Notes under the pieces: model-generated | The model's input: only the letters and a program-made list of their open reading frames with translations | Database searches by the model: none | Told to the model about the DNA's origin: nothing | Assembly: GCA_000091205.1 (NCBI GenBank) | Contig: AP006493.2 | DNA length: 64,000 nucleotides | Strand: one strand, 5' to 3' | Source of the DNA: Cyanidioschyzon merolae | Lineage: Eukaryota | Part shown: in pieces, positions 32,321 to 43,096 of the stretch | Position numbering within the stretch: position 1 is the first letter of the stretch | Layout of the letters: each line of letters begins with the position of its first letter | Position numbers and translations under genes: made by a program

Positions 32321-33769
32321 TCAGTATGCAATGCTTGTTATCGCTGTCGACGCTGGACTATCGATATGAGCACTGTTGTTGTTGCAGTCCTCTGGAGCAG
32401 CGGTTTCCGACTCCGACTGCATTGCCATCCAGGTGGTATTGACGTACCAGGGGTCCAGGGTGCTTTCTGCAACTTGTGGTAAAAAAGTCTCCCAGGAAAA
32501 GTTGCTTTTGACGGAGCTGTTGCGACGGATTCGAGTCTGTTCGTCAGTTGCTTGCTGAACTCGTTTCCGCCATTCCTTGCTCCGCGGAACACCCCAGAAA
32601 AGGTTCAGAATCGGTTTGAGAAGAACATGGAGGCTTGGCGTCCACTGCGATCCGCGGCTGCAGGATTCCCGCTCATCCGTTTCCTGTCCATAAATAGAGG
32701 CCGCATGCAGTTGCTTATCCACGTAGGCTCCGTAAGCTTGCAGTACGTCTCGGCGTGTTCGCTGCGCACATGAGTCGTCGCCGAAAATGACCGCATCCAC
32801 GCCCGCAAGCGCTTCCCACGGGTGATTCATGACTGCTCGCCCAACCATAACACCATATAGATGTTCGGTGTCAAGAAAATGACGCACCTGGGGCATGGTA
32901 CGTATGCCACCATTTATACTGAAATGCAGATGAGGGAAATCGCGCGCAAGTGCCAAAACTCGATCGTACCGCAGCGGTGGTACCGTGCGGTTTTCTGCTG
33001 GACTGAGGCCCTTCAGGTACGCCTTTCGTGCGTGGATAATGAAATGTCGCACGGGTGCATTTTCAGACACAACTTGCACAAAGTCGCGAGCGAACGAATA
33101 CGTATCAAGATCGTCGACACCAAGGCGGCACTTCACGGTTATTGGTGTTGAGGCTGGTACTACTTCCGCGATCGCTCGGCAGAGTGCAGCGACCCCGGGC
33201 GCATCTTTCATGAGTGCCGCCCCAAAGCAACCACGCCCCGCTACCCTATCAGACGGACACCCGCAGTTGATGTTAATGGCGCTATAGCCGTAGGGGGCAG
33301 CGATTTCGGCGGCAGCACGCATCTTTTGTGGATCGCTTCCCCCGAGCTGGAGTACAATCGGCTGTTGCGCGGGATGGAAAGCGAGCCAGTGATCAGCATT
33401 ACTAGCATTATATACAAGGGTAGAGTCAACGACCATTTCAGTGTAAAGAAGTGCATGCTTGCTCAGTAGTCGACAAAGCGTGCGAAAATGGTTGTCGGTT
33501 ACGTCCATCATGGGCGCCACGGAAAAGGCGTCCGCAGGGCGCGACATTTGCAGCGTAGCGTGCTGCCTCGTGAACGAACGAATGCGCGGGGTAGTGTTTG
33601 GAAAAAAGGGCCCGGCCACGTACGCGCTCCGCGCAACGCTCACAGCCAAGAAACGACTGTGGAGGGGTCGCTCGAACTTACGGTGCGTCAGACAGCGTGT
33701 TGAGCGTTTCAGCGGCCCCAGCAGCTGTCCTGTGACAAGGTGCTGGTAGCCAACCAGAGCCATGCCCAA
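32321..33769 (-). CDS. tRNA-dihydrouridine synthase (DusA-type) with an N-terminal extension of about 90 aa
   Basis: PMMDVTDNHFRTLCRLLSK…LYTEMV, QLGGSDP and NINCGCPSDRVAGRGCFGAALM are classic Dus motifs. The extension may be an organellar presequence. Confidence 0.8.
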   Translation of the reverse strand: MGMALVGYQHLVTGQLLGPLKRSTRCLTHRKFERPLHSRFLAVSVARSAYVAGPFFPNTTPRIRSFTRQHATLQMSRPADAFSVAPMMDVTDNHFRTLCRLLSKHALLYTEMVVDSTLVYNASNADHWLAFHPAQQPIVLQLGGSDPQKMRAAAEIAAPYGYSAININCGCPSDRVAGRGCFGAALMKDAPGVAALCRAIAEVVPASTPITVKCRLGVDDLDTYSFARDFVQVVSENAPVRHFIIHARKAYLKGLSPAENRTVPPLRYDRVLALARDFPHLHFSINGGIRTMPQVRHFLDTEHLYGVMVGRAVMNHPWEALAGVDAVIFGDDSCAQRTRRDVLQAYGAYVDKQLHAASIYGQETDERESCSRGSQWTPSLHVLLKPILNLFWGVPRSKEWRKRVQQATDEQTRIRRNSSVKSNFSWETFLPQVAESTLDPWYVNTTWMAMQSESETAAPEDCNNNSAHIDSPASTAITSIAY

Positions 33770-34207
33770 TCACGTCGACCCGCAAACGCACTAGCCCGCT
33801 GATGCCAACTAGTGTACCACCGTCGTTTTGTGCGTCCTACAAGAGACGTTGCGTCGTGGAGGCGGCACCACGAAACGCCCACACCACCGCATGGACATGC
33901 ACCACGGTGCCGGCACGCTGGACACGCCAATATGCAATAGCGTTCAAACTGAATTTTTCTGTATGTTTTGGATCAATATGGACAGGATTGATGCGGTCGC
34001 CATCAACCCTTGCAAAGTTGAAACTAGATCTTTCTGTAATTTTTGCGTTCAATACGGACATGCTTGCTGCAAGAGCCATCGATACTTGTCGGGTGTCGCC
34101 ACTGCTGCGATCCCGTAAACTTGTCGTGCGGCGCAGTATACGGGGCAGCGCCGGGCAGAGGATTCAGGAGCAGTTCGCATCTGTTTTACGAGGAGGTCGA
34201 AATAACC

Positions 34208-34801
34208 ATGGCAAGCCTCTCAGATCAAAGCGGTTCGATCGGAAGCGAACAGACGAGGCCTTCGGGCGCTATACCTGTCGAATCGTTGCCACCCCAAGCG
34301 CTGGAGCAGCTCATCGCCTCTCTGCAACAGGAGGTCGAGCAACTCGCCGACGCGTTGCAACAACTCAACTTTGCAAACCAGCGTTGGACACTATGTAAGC
34401 AGTCGATTGAAGCTTTTGCAGAAGAGACCACGCGGGTAGACTTGCCTGGCGCTCAAAGCCGTGCTACGGACGCCATTTCGTCAACCGCGAGCGCTAAACC
34501 AGAAACCTCTGTGGAAGTGAACCAAAATCAGCGTTTACTCGTTCCACTGAGCCGGTCTTTGTACGTACTTGGACGAGTCATCAATCCTGAACGCTGTCTC
34601 ATCGACATTGGCACCGGGTACCACGTTGAACGGAAACTCGCGGACGCAGCCGAATTTTTCGACAGACGTCTGAAGCACGTCCGGGGAAGCATGCGACAGC
34701 TAACACTGAAGATTGATCAAAACCAGCAACAAATGCAGACCATTCGCGAGATTCTGGTTCGAAAACTGGCTGGTGCACAGCAAGCCGCAGAGCATACTTG
34801 A
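34208..34801 (+). CDS. PFDN5: prefoldin subunit 5 (alpha-type)
   Basis: LLVPLSRSLYVLGRVINPERCLIDIGTGYHVERKLADAAEFF, flanked by coiled-coil segments. The start was moved to the first ATG that agrees with homology (MASLSD, 34208) within the listed ORF 34043..34801. Confidence 0.7.
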   Translation: MASLSDQSGSIGSEQTRPSGAIPVESLPPQALEQLIASLQQEVEQLADALQQLNFANQRWTLCKQSIEAFAEETTRVDLPGAQSRATDAISSTASAKPETSVEVNQNQRLLVPLSRSLYVLGRVINPERCLIDIGTGYHVERKLADAAEFFDRRLKHVRGSMRQLTLKIDQNQQQMQTIREILVRKLAGAQQAAEHT

Positions 34802-37053
34802 GGTAGTCGGAAAGCCGGTTACTTGCGAGCAGGTGCAGCGCCAGATTTCGAGCCCAGTCGTGGACAACACTGCTTGTGGGCCGCTCGGCTGACGACTCAC
34901 GACGGTGAAACAGGCCGCGCATGCCTCTCTGTGCAATAGATGGGCGGGGAGCAACTCATCAAAGCGCTTGATGCTGTCGCCAGCATGCCGAGGCGATGTG
35001 AAACACACGCGGCTTACGAAATGGAAACGAGTGAGGGCATATCGTGAAGGGCAAGCGCGCACGCTTTATGCGTTTCTCGTCCACCTCGCCAATGGTAATG
35101 CATCTGCCATCCAGCAAGGTGCAGTGCGCAGTTCGATTCAGTCATGATGCGGACACTGCGTCGACCCGAGCAGGCGGGAAGGAAACTGTTCCGGGCGCTC
35201 TCGATTATTCCGTGCACGGATCATATGTCCAGCGACAAGTGCCCTATTTGTGAGCAGGGAAGCCAGTCGCCTCGAGTTTACGCGCACAAGGGCACGGCAA
35301 GGCTGACCTGTCTCGGTGCTGCGTCCATGACGGCACCTCAGGCTTTAATGCGGACGCGTACGGCAGGCTCTGCGCCCTGGGGATCTGACGAAGGAACCAT
35401 TATCCTCAGAGGCGAGCCAGCATCATCGTGGCCCATGCAACGTGAAAGCCTCTTGCGGGATGACGGGTGGCTCCCCAGATGCCGATCGCCATCGCGCAGT
35501 ATGGCGGATCCCTGATTCGAGTAAACGATCCAACATCCCCAAAAATAAGGAAAATCAGCCTCCTAGCATGATGCCTCCCGTAACCTTGCCCAGGCATCAA
35601 TTCGCTTGCTATTGTCAGAGTATCGTATCATTTGTGCCGGTGGGTGGACTGCACCGGTGAATCGTCGCATGCCGCCACCTTGGAGGACGTACCCGGTAAA
35701 CCTGGTCGCATCATCTGTGGCCACAGATCGATCACAGCTACTGCGCGCTCCATGCAGTCGCTTCATAACGTAGTATTTCGTCGATGCTGTGAAGACTTGC
35801 CGCATGCACAGCGACTGATTCGCCTATCACGTCACCGAACTGCTACGCAGGCCTTTCTTCGGGAGCGCATGCACCGCGTGCCCCGAGTTCGACAGATGCA
35901 ATAGCGATGCAACGGACGCCAAATCGCTCCGTTCGTTCGCGAGAGAGCAATGGCACTCGCGAGACCTCTGTGGCGCTCACAAAACCATAGCATCATGCCA
36001 GGACATGCTGCACTTGGCGAGCGGTGCTATGCAACGCTGGCGAACTTGCGGCAACGACATTGCCATAACCGGGTGGCTCCCGAAAACCACCGACCGGATC
36101 GAGAAGCAGCTGGTACACAGTTCGAACTTTCTTATCTTTGCGCAGGAGTCCGAATAGCTCTACGAGCATACATAGCGGTTCAGGATAAACAGGGACTCGG
36201 CAAGCACACCAGAATTTGTTGTCATTGGAGTGTTCAGGCTGGTGCTTGCGACTTACGCGCTCTGCTGTGAAAAGTCAAGTTTTGGCGCACTGCCACCCTT
36301 TTCAGCCAAAGCCCAGAATCCGTCGATAATTGCTCGGTTCCGGGTCCATGAACATCGCCGACTATAGCCTTCATTCACTTCTACTGGCCAAGCTTGCTCC
36401 AGTCTGAGCTGGGCGTTCAGTCTAAACACGCTAACCGCAAGTAGATTGCACGGTATTCGGTAGATGTTCATGAGCAATTTTGCGTTCACACATCCCGGAT
36501 GTCTGACGTTCTGTCAGGGAACCCAGCCGAGCTACATGCGACGTTCAATATCACGGTCTTTCGCAGCTCAGCAGAGCGCTCAAAGCTGACAAGCGGGTAT
36601 CGCGCGTTCCTTTCCAAGACATGGGCCCAAGAGACCCATTGGCTGATGCATACATCCAGAATCTTGACAAGAAGTGATATTTAGGATCAATGAGCCGTGA
36701 CGATTCATAGACAATAGACTAGCCTGGTGTCTGCTTCGTTTGGCGAAGCGTCAACGAGCTACGCTAGTGGGCGCTAGTCCATCAGCCTAGAAACGTCACG
36801 CACTGACCAACGGTGTCTTTAGGCTAGGTAAACCACACGGAACCTTGGCACAGCTCATTCTTTGCCCTGATCTTCGCAACCAGTCAACTGGTCAACGAGG
36901 ATACGCACCATCCAGCCAACCGGTTACCAGTAACGTCCGCTATGCACACAAGGAGGATTCTCTGGCGCGTGCACGCGACGGCTGCCGTCGTCAGTGCACA
37001 ACAGCCAGTGTCGACACCAGACTTGCTATTGCGGTTGCAAGTGACCACAATCT

Positions 37054-38616
37054 ATGGGGCGAAACCGGATATCGCAGCTCGCGATCGTTCAGATCTTGAC
37101 TCTCGTTGTCTACTGGCTGATCTTCGCGGTGAGTGTGCAGTCGGTTGAACCAAAGCTCTGCGGCGGAAAGCCGCTTGCCGGTGGCGGCACACTTTCCCGT
37201 CACATCAGCAGCCGAAGCACGCCCCCGGTTGGACGTCAACTGCTGGCTCTGGTCGACGGAGAGACCTCGTCGTATTCCATTCTTTTTGGTGTACTTAGAG
37301 ATAGGGGCTATACAGTGACCGTGCGCACACCAAAAGACCGTTCTCTGACACTCTGGAACGAAGCAGGAACGCACTATCTCTATGACGCGGTGCTGCTTCT
37401 GGCACCGTCCATTAAAGGATTTGGTAGGGACGGTACCGCAAATGCTTTGCTCGATTTCGTGGACGCTAATCGGACTCTGATTATGGCCGCATCACCAAAC
37501 GCTGGCGCACTCTTCAGGTCGTTGGCGGAAGGCATCGGTCTCGAGCTCGACGAGGCAGGAACAGTGCTACTGGATCACGTGCGGGCAGCGCATCGAAGCG
37601 GAGCCGGGCAGGACACCGAAGGCTCGAGGATATTTCTGGTTGATCCGAAACCTTGTCCATCCTTGGACCTGGGGGCGACCCTTCCATACTGGGAGAAGGA
37701 AATGCCCCAGCGTCCGCTACTGTTTGCCAACGCGACCGGGTCCCTGGTCGCTCCTAAGCAGGATTTGCTCCGCCCGGTACTGTGCGCACCAGCCACAAGC
37801 TACTCCTATGAAGACGGCCAAGTAGTCGAAACGGATGAGGATGCAGCGCCCTTCACCATTGGCACGGAGGCCGTTCTGGTTGCTGCGCTCCACGGCCGCT
37901 ACGGCGGACGTGTTCTATACATCGCATCGACAGAAGCGCTCCAGGATCGCTTGATGTCTGGTGAGCATGGAAACCGAGCATATTTCGAGGATCTTTTTAC
38001 ATGGGCCCTTGGGGAACGGGGGATTTTGCGGATTACCCGAGCAGAGCACCGGCATGTGCCGCAGGGAAACGAACGGCCGCGCTCTACTCCGTATCGCGTC
38101 GGAGATCGACTCCGCTTTGAGCTTTGCGTGGAAGAGTGGGACGGTCGACAGTCGCAACAGCGCTGGCGACCCTGGCTCGGAGGTAATGAACCTCAACTGG
38201 AGTGGGTCATGTTGGACCCGTATGTGCGCACGAGCCTACGAGCAACGAAGGATCAGGGCTGCTACGCCACCGAGTTTGACACACCGTCGAAGCACGGCCT
38301 CTTCAAATTCCGTATTGAGCACTTTCGCGACGGCTACACTCCACTGCTCTTGTCTCAGGTGGTGCCGATCCGTCCTTACTGGCACAACGAATATCCGCGG
38401 ATGCTGGTACGCGCGTATCCCTACTATGCAGCTTTATTTTCAACCATGATGATTTTCTGGATCATGGCCTACGCAGTTCTCTGGAAAGGGCTCGTCTCAT
38501 CGAAGCGACTTGGAATCCAGACAACATCTAGGAGTCCGCACGCGACCGTTTCTTCCAAGGATGCAGCGGCGTCCTCTACCGAAGACTCTGACGCTGACCA
38601 CCAGAAACAAGAGTAA
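37054..38616 (+). CDS. DDOST: oligosaccharyltransferase 48-kDa subunit (OST48/DDOST/WBP1)
   Basis: N-terminal signal segment; LALVDGETSSYSILFGVLRDRGYTVTVRTPKDRSLTLWNEAGTHYLYDAVLLLAPS…LIMAASPNAGALFRSLAEGIGLELDEAGTVLLDH matches the conserved luminal domain; C-terminal TM. The stop codon is TAA. Confidence 0.8.
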   Translation: MGRNRISQLAIVQILTLVVYWLIFAVSVQSVEPKLCGGKPLAGGGTLSRHISSRSTPPVGRQLLALVDGETSSYSILFGVLRDRGYTVTVRTPKDRSLTLWNEAGTHYLYDAVLLLAPSIKGFGRDGTANALLDFVDANRTLIMAASPNAGALFRSLAEGIGLELDEAGTVLLDHVRAAHRSGAGQDTEGSRIFLVDPKPCPSLDLGATLPYWEKEMPQRPLLFANATGSLVAPKQDLLRPVLCAPATSYSYEDGQVVETDEDAAPFTIGTEAVLVAALHGRYGGRVLYIASTEALQDRLMSGEHGNRAYFEDLFTWALGERGILRITRAEHRHVPQGNERPRSTPYRVGDRLRFELCVEEWDGRQSQQRWRPWLGGNEPQLEWVMLDPYVRTSLRATKDQGCYATEFDTPSKHGLFKFRIEHFRDGYTPLLLSQVVPIRPYWHNEYPRMLVRAYPYYAALFSTMMIFWIMAYAVLWKGLVSSKRLGIQTTSRSPHATVSSKDAAASSTEDSDADHQKQE

Positions 38617-39353
38617 GTCGCCTGTAAGACGGGTGTCCCTTGCGATGACCCCGGCTTCATAGCACATCATTCTGGGCAGGGCGGGTTCGCACTTGTACGA
38701 AGAGCAGTCGTGCACAGTGTGCGCGCAGCGTAGCGATATAGTCGCAAATGAAACGCTAGCGCGCGGGGCTCGCGGTGCCCAGGGTTTCAGCAGTAGCGAG
38801 CACTCTGCTTGTTGACGAAATCGCGCGCTGGAGGAGAACAAGCGCCCCCGACGCATGCTCTGATTTTTGGTTCAGGGCAGTCAACGATATACGAGGCAGG
38901 AGAGTTCCAAGTACGGTGGCTCGAGTCAACGCTCATGTTGCGAGGTTCATCGCATCTATTCGCGTTGAGCCTCGCGAGAGATAAAAAGCTGCATCTAGGC
39001 CAGGGTAATAGTGACCGGCTGCTCTACAAATGCGCTCTCGTTGAGGCTTCAGCTTTTAACGTTGTAAACAGTATTTGGATTAGCCTGCAGACACGGAATC
39101 TTTACACCTGTCAAGAAGCTCGTGTTGCTTTTGGGCCCTTACAGTGATTGACACTTGGCATGAACGTCCTTGAAAGCGCCAAGCCGCTGGGCGCTGCACG
39201 AGGCCTCGTTTGTGCACGCGCGTACGCAAGCGGGAAAAGCTGGGCAATGTGCCGCTCTTATCTGTTTCTCGACTGGTGTCCGGGTAACATCGTCCAGGTC
39301 TGCAGGTTGCCTTTGGGATGTACTTCGCGGTACCCAAAGAATAGAAGATGATT

Positions 39354-41402
39354 ATCGAGTACCAATGGCCCAGGAGAATCGTTCTTGATGTTCATATGTA
39401 GAGCGCTCCAGTTGTGCTGGATTGCTCAATAGCTCCATCCCGGTGCCGTGCTTCGAATGAGAATCCAAAGCGCTGTCACTTCATGACGGATTCTATTCCA
39501 TCGGAGCGTTTCGGCATTTCACCACATTGCCTAGACCGATTCCTCCACAGTTCAATCGAAAGATCGCTCGGCACCAAGGCGCTGGGCGCCCCGAAAGCAC
39601 GCGACATTCTCGGATATCCATCAGGGTGTTCAAGTCGAGATCCAGAGAGAGATAGAGAGAGACAGAGACAGAGAGAGCTCGCGTGCATGCTTGCCGGTGG
39701 AATCGTACCATAGCAGGCCGCTCATTTTCGATCGCCTCCCCTGATGACATTTGCTCAGCTTCGTGTTCGCCATCTCGTGCACCAGACTCGCTCTGCTTCA
39801 CGCTCGTTTTCTCGGCAGGTTCCGGCTCGTACTCGCGCCCGTGATGCACCCTTTTGTGGTCTCGAATCCATCGATGGGAATCGTGCAGGAATCGATTCTG
39901 GAGTTGTTGAGTTGTTGCAAGCTTTCGTCGAAGGCACAGGGCGGTACCCGTCGCACGCTACAGCGTGTCCAGCGCCCTACGCTACCACCGAGCGACGCGA
40001 CTTGTCAGGCCCAGCCTTTTCCATTTCATTCCGGAAGTTGGTGAATGCGCGATTCTTGCCTCTGCGCAACCGCATCGCGGTCTCTTGGACGCTTGCCGGA
40101 GACCTTTCGCATCAGCAGAGTGAACGCTCAAGAGCACACTGAATGAGGCACGGGAAGCGTCCGTCTCTCCCGGACGCGGTGCACGGGGTGTCGAGACGGC
40201 TCACGCTGCCGTCAGTCAGCTTGCTGGCGGTTTGTCTCTCGGCACCCATCGGATCTGAACCGCAATCACATAGAGTCCTGGGGAAGTTGCGCAGGTGTAT
40301 CCACTTTCAGTTCATATCTTCGGACAAGTCCTCTCGATTGAGCGGTATGGCGGCGGTCATGATATATTCTGCAAACCGGGAACAACGCTCACCACAGAGT
40401 CTGGCTCCTCACTTGCCATGAACAGATGAAAACGAGGGTCGCTGTGCGACTGAGGCATAGGTTTCACAAAGTGCACGCTCGCTGGTATTCCATCGGTCTC
40501 CATGGTCGCTGGAAACCGCTTCTCAAGTGCTGCTTGCAAAGGAGAAACCTGGAACGAGCTCCGCCGATGCCCTACGCGAAGCTGTTCGCAAGAAGCACAG
40601 TTGCTCGCAGAGATCAGCTGCAGCTTACTCAGGAGGATATCAAGTAGGCGGCGCAAGGATCTATGCCGACATCATGGGTCTGTACCCGACGTACAGAGAT
40701 GACATGGAGTAGACGCTTCGGGAGACAAGGTCGCTCGGGTTCGGGGAGGGCGCCTCTACCGCGCTGCACCACTAGGCTCTGTGCTGCTCTGCAGCGCTCT
40801 GCTCTGGAATACGTCGCAGCGCAAGACGCTAGTAGGGCAGGCGTCACGTCTCAAGTATCCTTCGCGCACGACGGTTACCAGTCCGAGACCGAGAGCAACA
40901 CGATGCGCTTGGGTGGTATAAAACGTGTGTCGCTCTCGTTGCGACAGCTCTTCTGAACCCGCTCCATCTCGACCGCTGGTGGCTCCACCAGCTCGCCATC
41001 TGTCTTCATGAACAGACCCAAGAAAACCTTTCACCAGCGCCCAGTTTCCTGGGCCAGTAAGCGAATGCACAAAGGTCACAGGGTGCGCTTCACCAGGCGC
41101 TCCAGACTGGCTTGCATACTGTTTTCGTGTTCGAACCTAGTTTCGTACGTTTTGGCACCGGTTTCATCGATGTTGTCATAGAGGACGCGGTGCGACGAAG
41201 CGTGACGTTAGTCTGGGAAGTGTTTGTGTGCTAATCCCGTATCCGATTTTCAGACCTTGAGCCGTCTTGAGTCGCGAGCGTCAGCTGTGCTGCATCACGA
41301 GGGTTTCATCGAAACACTGCACAGAACTGAGGACCGCTCGCAACTCAGGTACCGTAACGCTTATGTGCAACTGCTAGGCAAGAAGTGTCAAGAATAAAGA
41401 AA
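39354..41402. repeat. large direct repeat DR2, copy A (about 2.05 kb)
   Basis: Offset 10302 bp from copy B. Every overlapping ORF translation between 39414 and 41079 is identical in the two copies, so the core is effectively 100% identical; the edges are slightly diverged. It contains a (GA/GAGA)n-like tract near 39645. Confidence 0.9.
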
Positions 41403-41479
41403 CAAGAAAAGGCTATATTTTGTAGAAAAGTGCTGAATGACGTCCAGCCACACAAGCTTTGCAAGATTCTTCCCATTGA

Positions 41480-41950
41480 TGTGTTTAAGGAGGAACGCCC
41501 TGACAAGAGCATCCCGCTGATGCTCCCCCTCCGACAGTTTTTTCTCGCTGACCTTCTTCACCCTCTATCCTAGATGATGTTTATCTTCTTCGTCTGGTAT
41601 TTCGTTCTCCTTATGCTTCGTAGCCTTCGCCTTTACTCAGCGGGATGGCGTTGGTGTGTTCTTCATACTTCAAAATCGTTCTTCCTCGAGTGTCATGCGC
41701 ACTGGATCGAGGATGGTAATGGAGCTCGCTTTTTTTCTTTAATGTATCTACAATTCCTCAGATACCTTTGCGTCATTTTCTCCGTCGCGAGCACAGCCAC
41801 GGAGCCAAGCGCGCATTTCCGCCCCCCATCTGCAAATAATCACAACAGCCCTAGACCAGAACAGGTCCGGAGAAGATAGAGAGCGATTTGCCAACGAGCG
41901 ATTTTACGGATGCAAACGACTCGTCTATGGATTAGAGGGTGTCAATACGG
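41480..41950. repeat. dispersed repeat R3, copy A (about 400-470 bp), directly abutting the end of DR2 copy A
   Basis: Aligns with 59460..59870 (…gggatggc…aaaatc.gtt.ttcctcgagt… and …gatttgc.aacga…gcaaacgactcgtc.atggat…ggcgtttg…). Confidence 0.5.
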
Positions 41951-43096
41951 CGTTTGGCAGCAGAGCATACGCAGGCACGAAGAATAGCGCAACACCATGC
42001 CCAGACCCGTGCTTTCCCAGCGCATTTCAGTGAAGGAAAGCGACCTCGTCTACGAGCAGAACAAAAGAATTTTCGCTGGACAAGCCACGAAAATTGCTTC
42101 GACAAAGAAGTATGGGATACCAATGGATCATTGTCGTTTGAAAATTTTTAGGCGACCAAATGATCGAAGCGCCTCTCGAGCTGATGCTGTCGGAATGCTC
42201 GCGTGTTTCTGTCGTACCCGCTGGGGTGTACCCCACTTGTACGCCAGCACGGATCGAATATTTCTCCCAAAGGACGTCTCATTGAGCGATATGAACACTT
42301 GTGCCGCATGCGGTAAGCGTTCGCATCTCAGGACGACATTGATCATGAGTTGTTCAACGCGCATCCTACCCGGATGGCGGCCAGCTTTTTTCCGTTCAAC
42401 CGATTCATTTCTGCACGATTCATCATATCGGTCCTGAATATTCTCATCCTGCTGGTTTTCTGATTGTATTTTTTAGAGAATGTATAGTAAGGAATGAATC
42501 GACGAGAAGCTGGCGTTTGGATAGCGTTTGATAACTTATGTGTAGTGTTCACTTCAATCAGGATAGGGGCTCAAACCGGGGCGGGTCATCCACCACCTGC
42601 TAGTCCTACAAAAACTGACTCGTGTTCATAAAGCCGCTTCTTGGCCAACTTGCTGTGACAACGTAACGTCCTTCCGCCAACCTTATCCAGTCTATAAGGT
42701 GCAAATCTTTTGTTGACTTCCAGTTACCAAAAGCAAGTATAAACAAGAACACCGTTTTCATCCAAGGATTCTACAATGCACCGTTCTGAGTATAACCCGA
42801 ACCAACGTATTCGCTCACAAATCCTCTACACGTACACCATTGTCAATAGAGGAGCACCACTGCACTGCGACAGGAAACAACATAGCCTCTTCCAGTCTGA
42901 AAAATCCCTCTATGCAACCAGAGAAGAGACAACGTTCATGACGTGGAATCCTGCACTTTTCCGCAACAGGGCGATCGCGATGTCAACGTCTCCCGGTTGG
43001 CCGAAACGTTCGCGGAGCAGACTCGCGGGCAACGTTCCACAGCGCGTTTAAGAAGACACCATTCCAGGGGCTCTTGTCCTGATTCACTCCTTCTTC

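Noticed and set aside
39414-41079. Protein-coding genes inside DR2 (e.g. 39744..40142, 132 aa)
   Set aside because: The region has many short overlapping ORFs on both strands, no recognisable motifs and Arg/Ser/Ala bias, which is consistent with non-coding GC-rich DNA.
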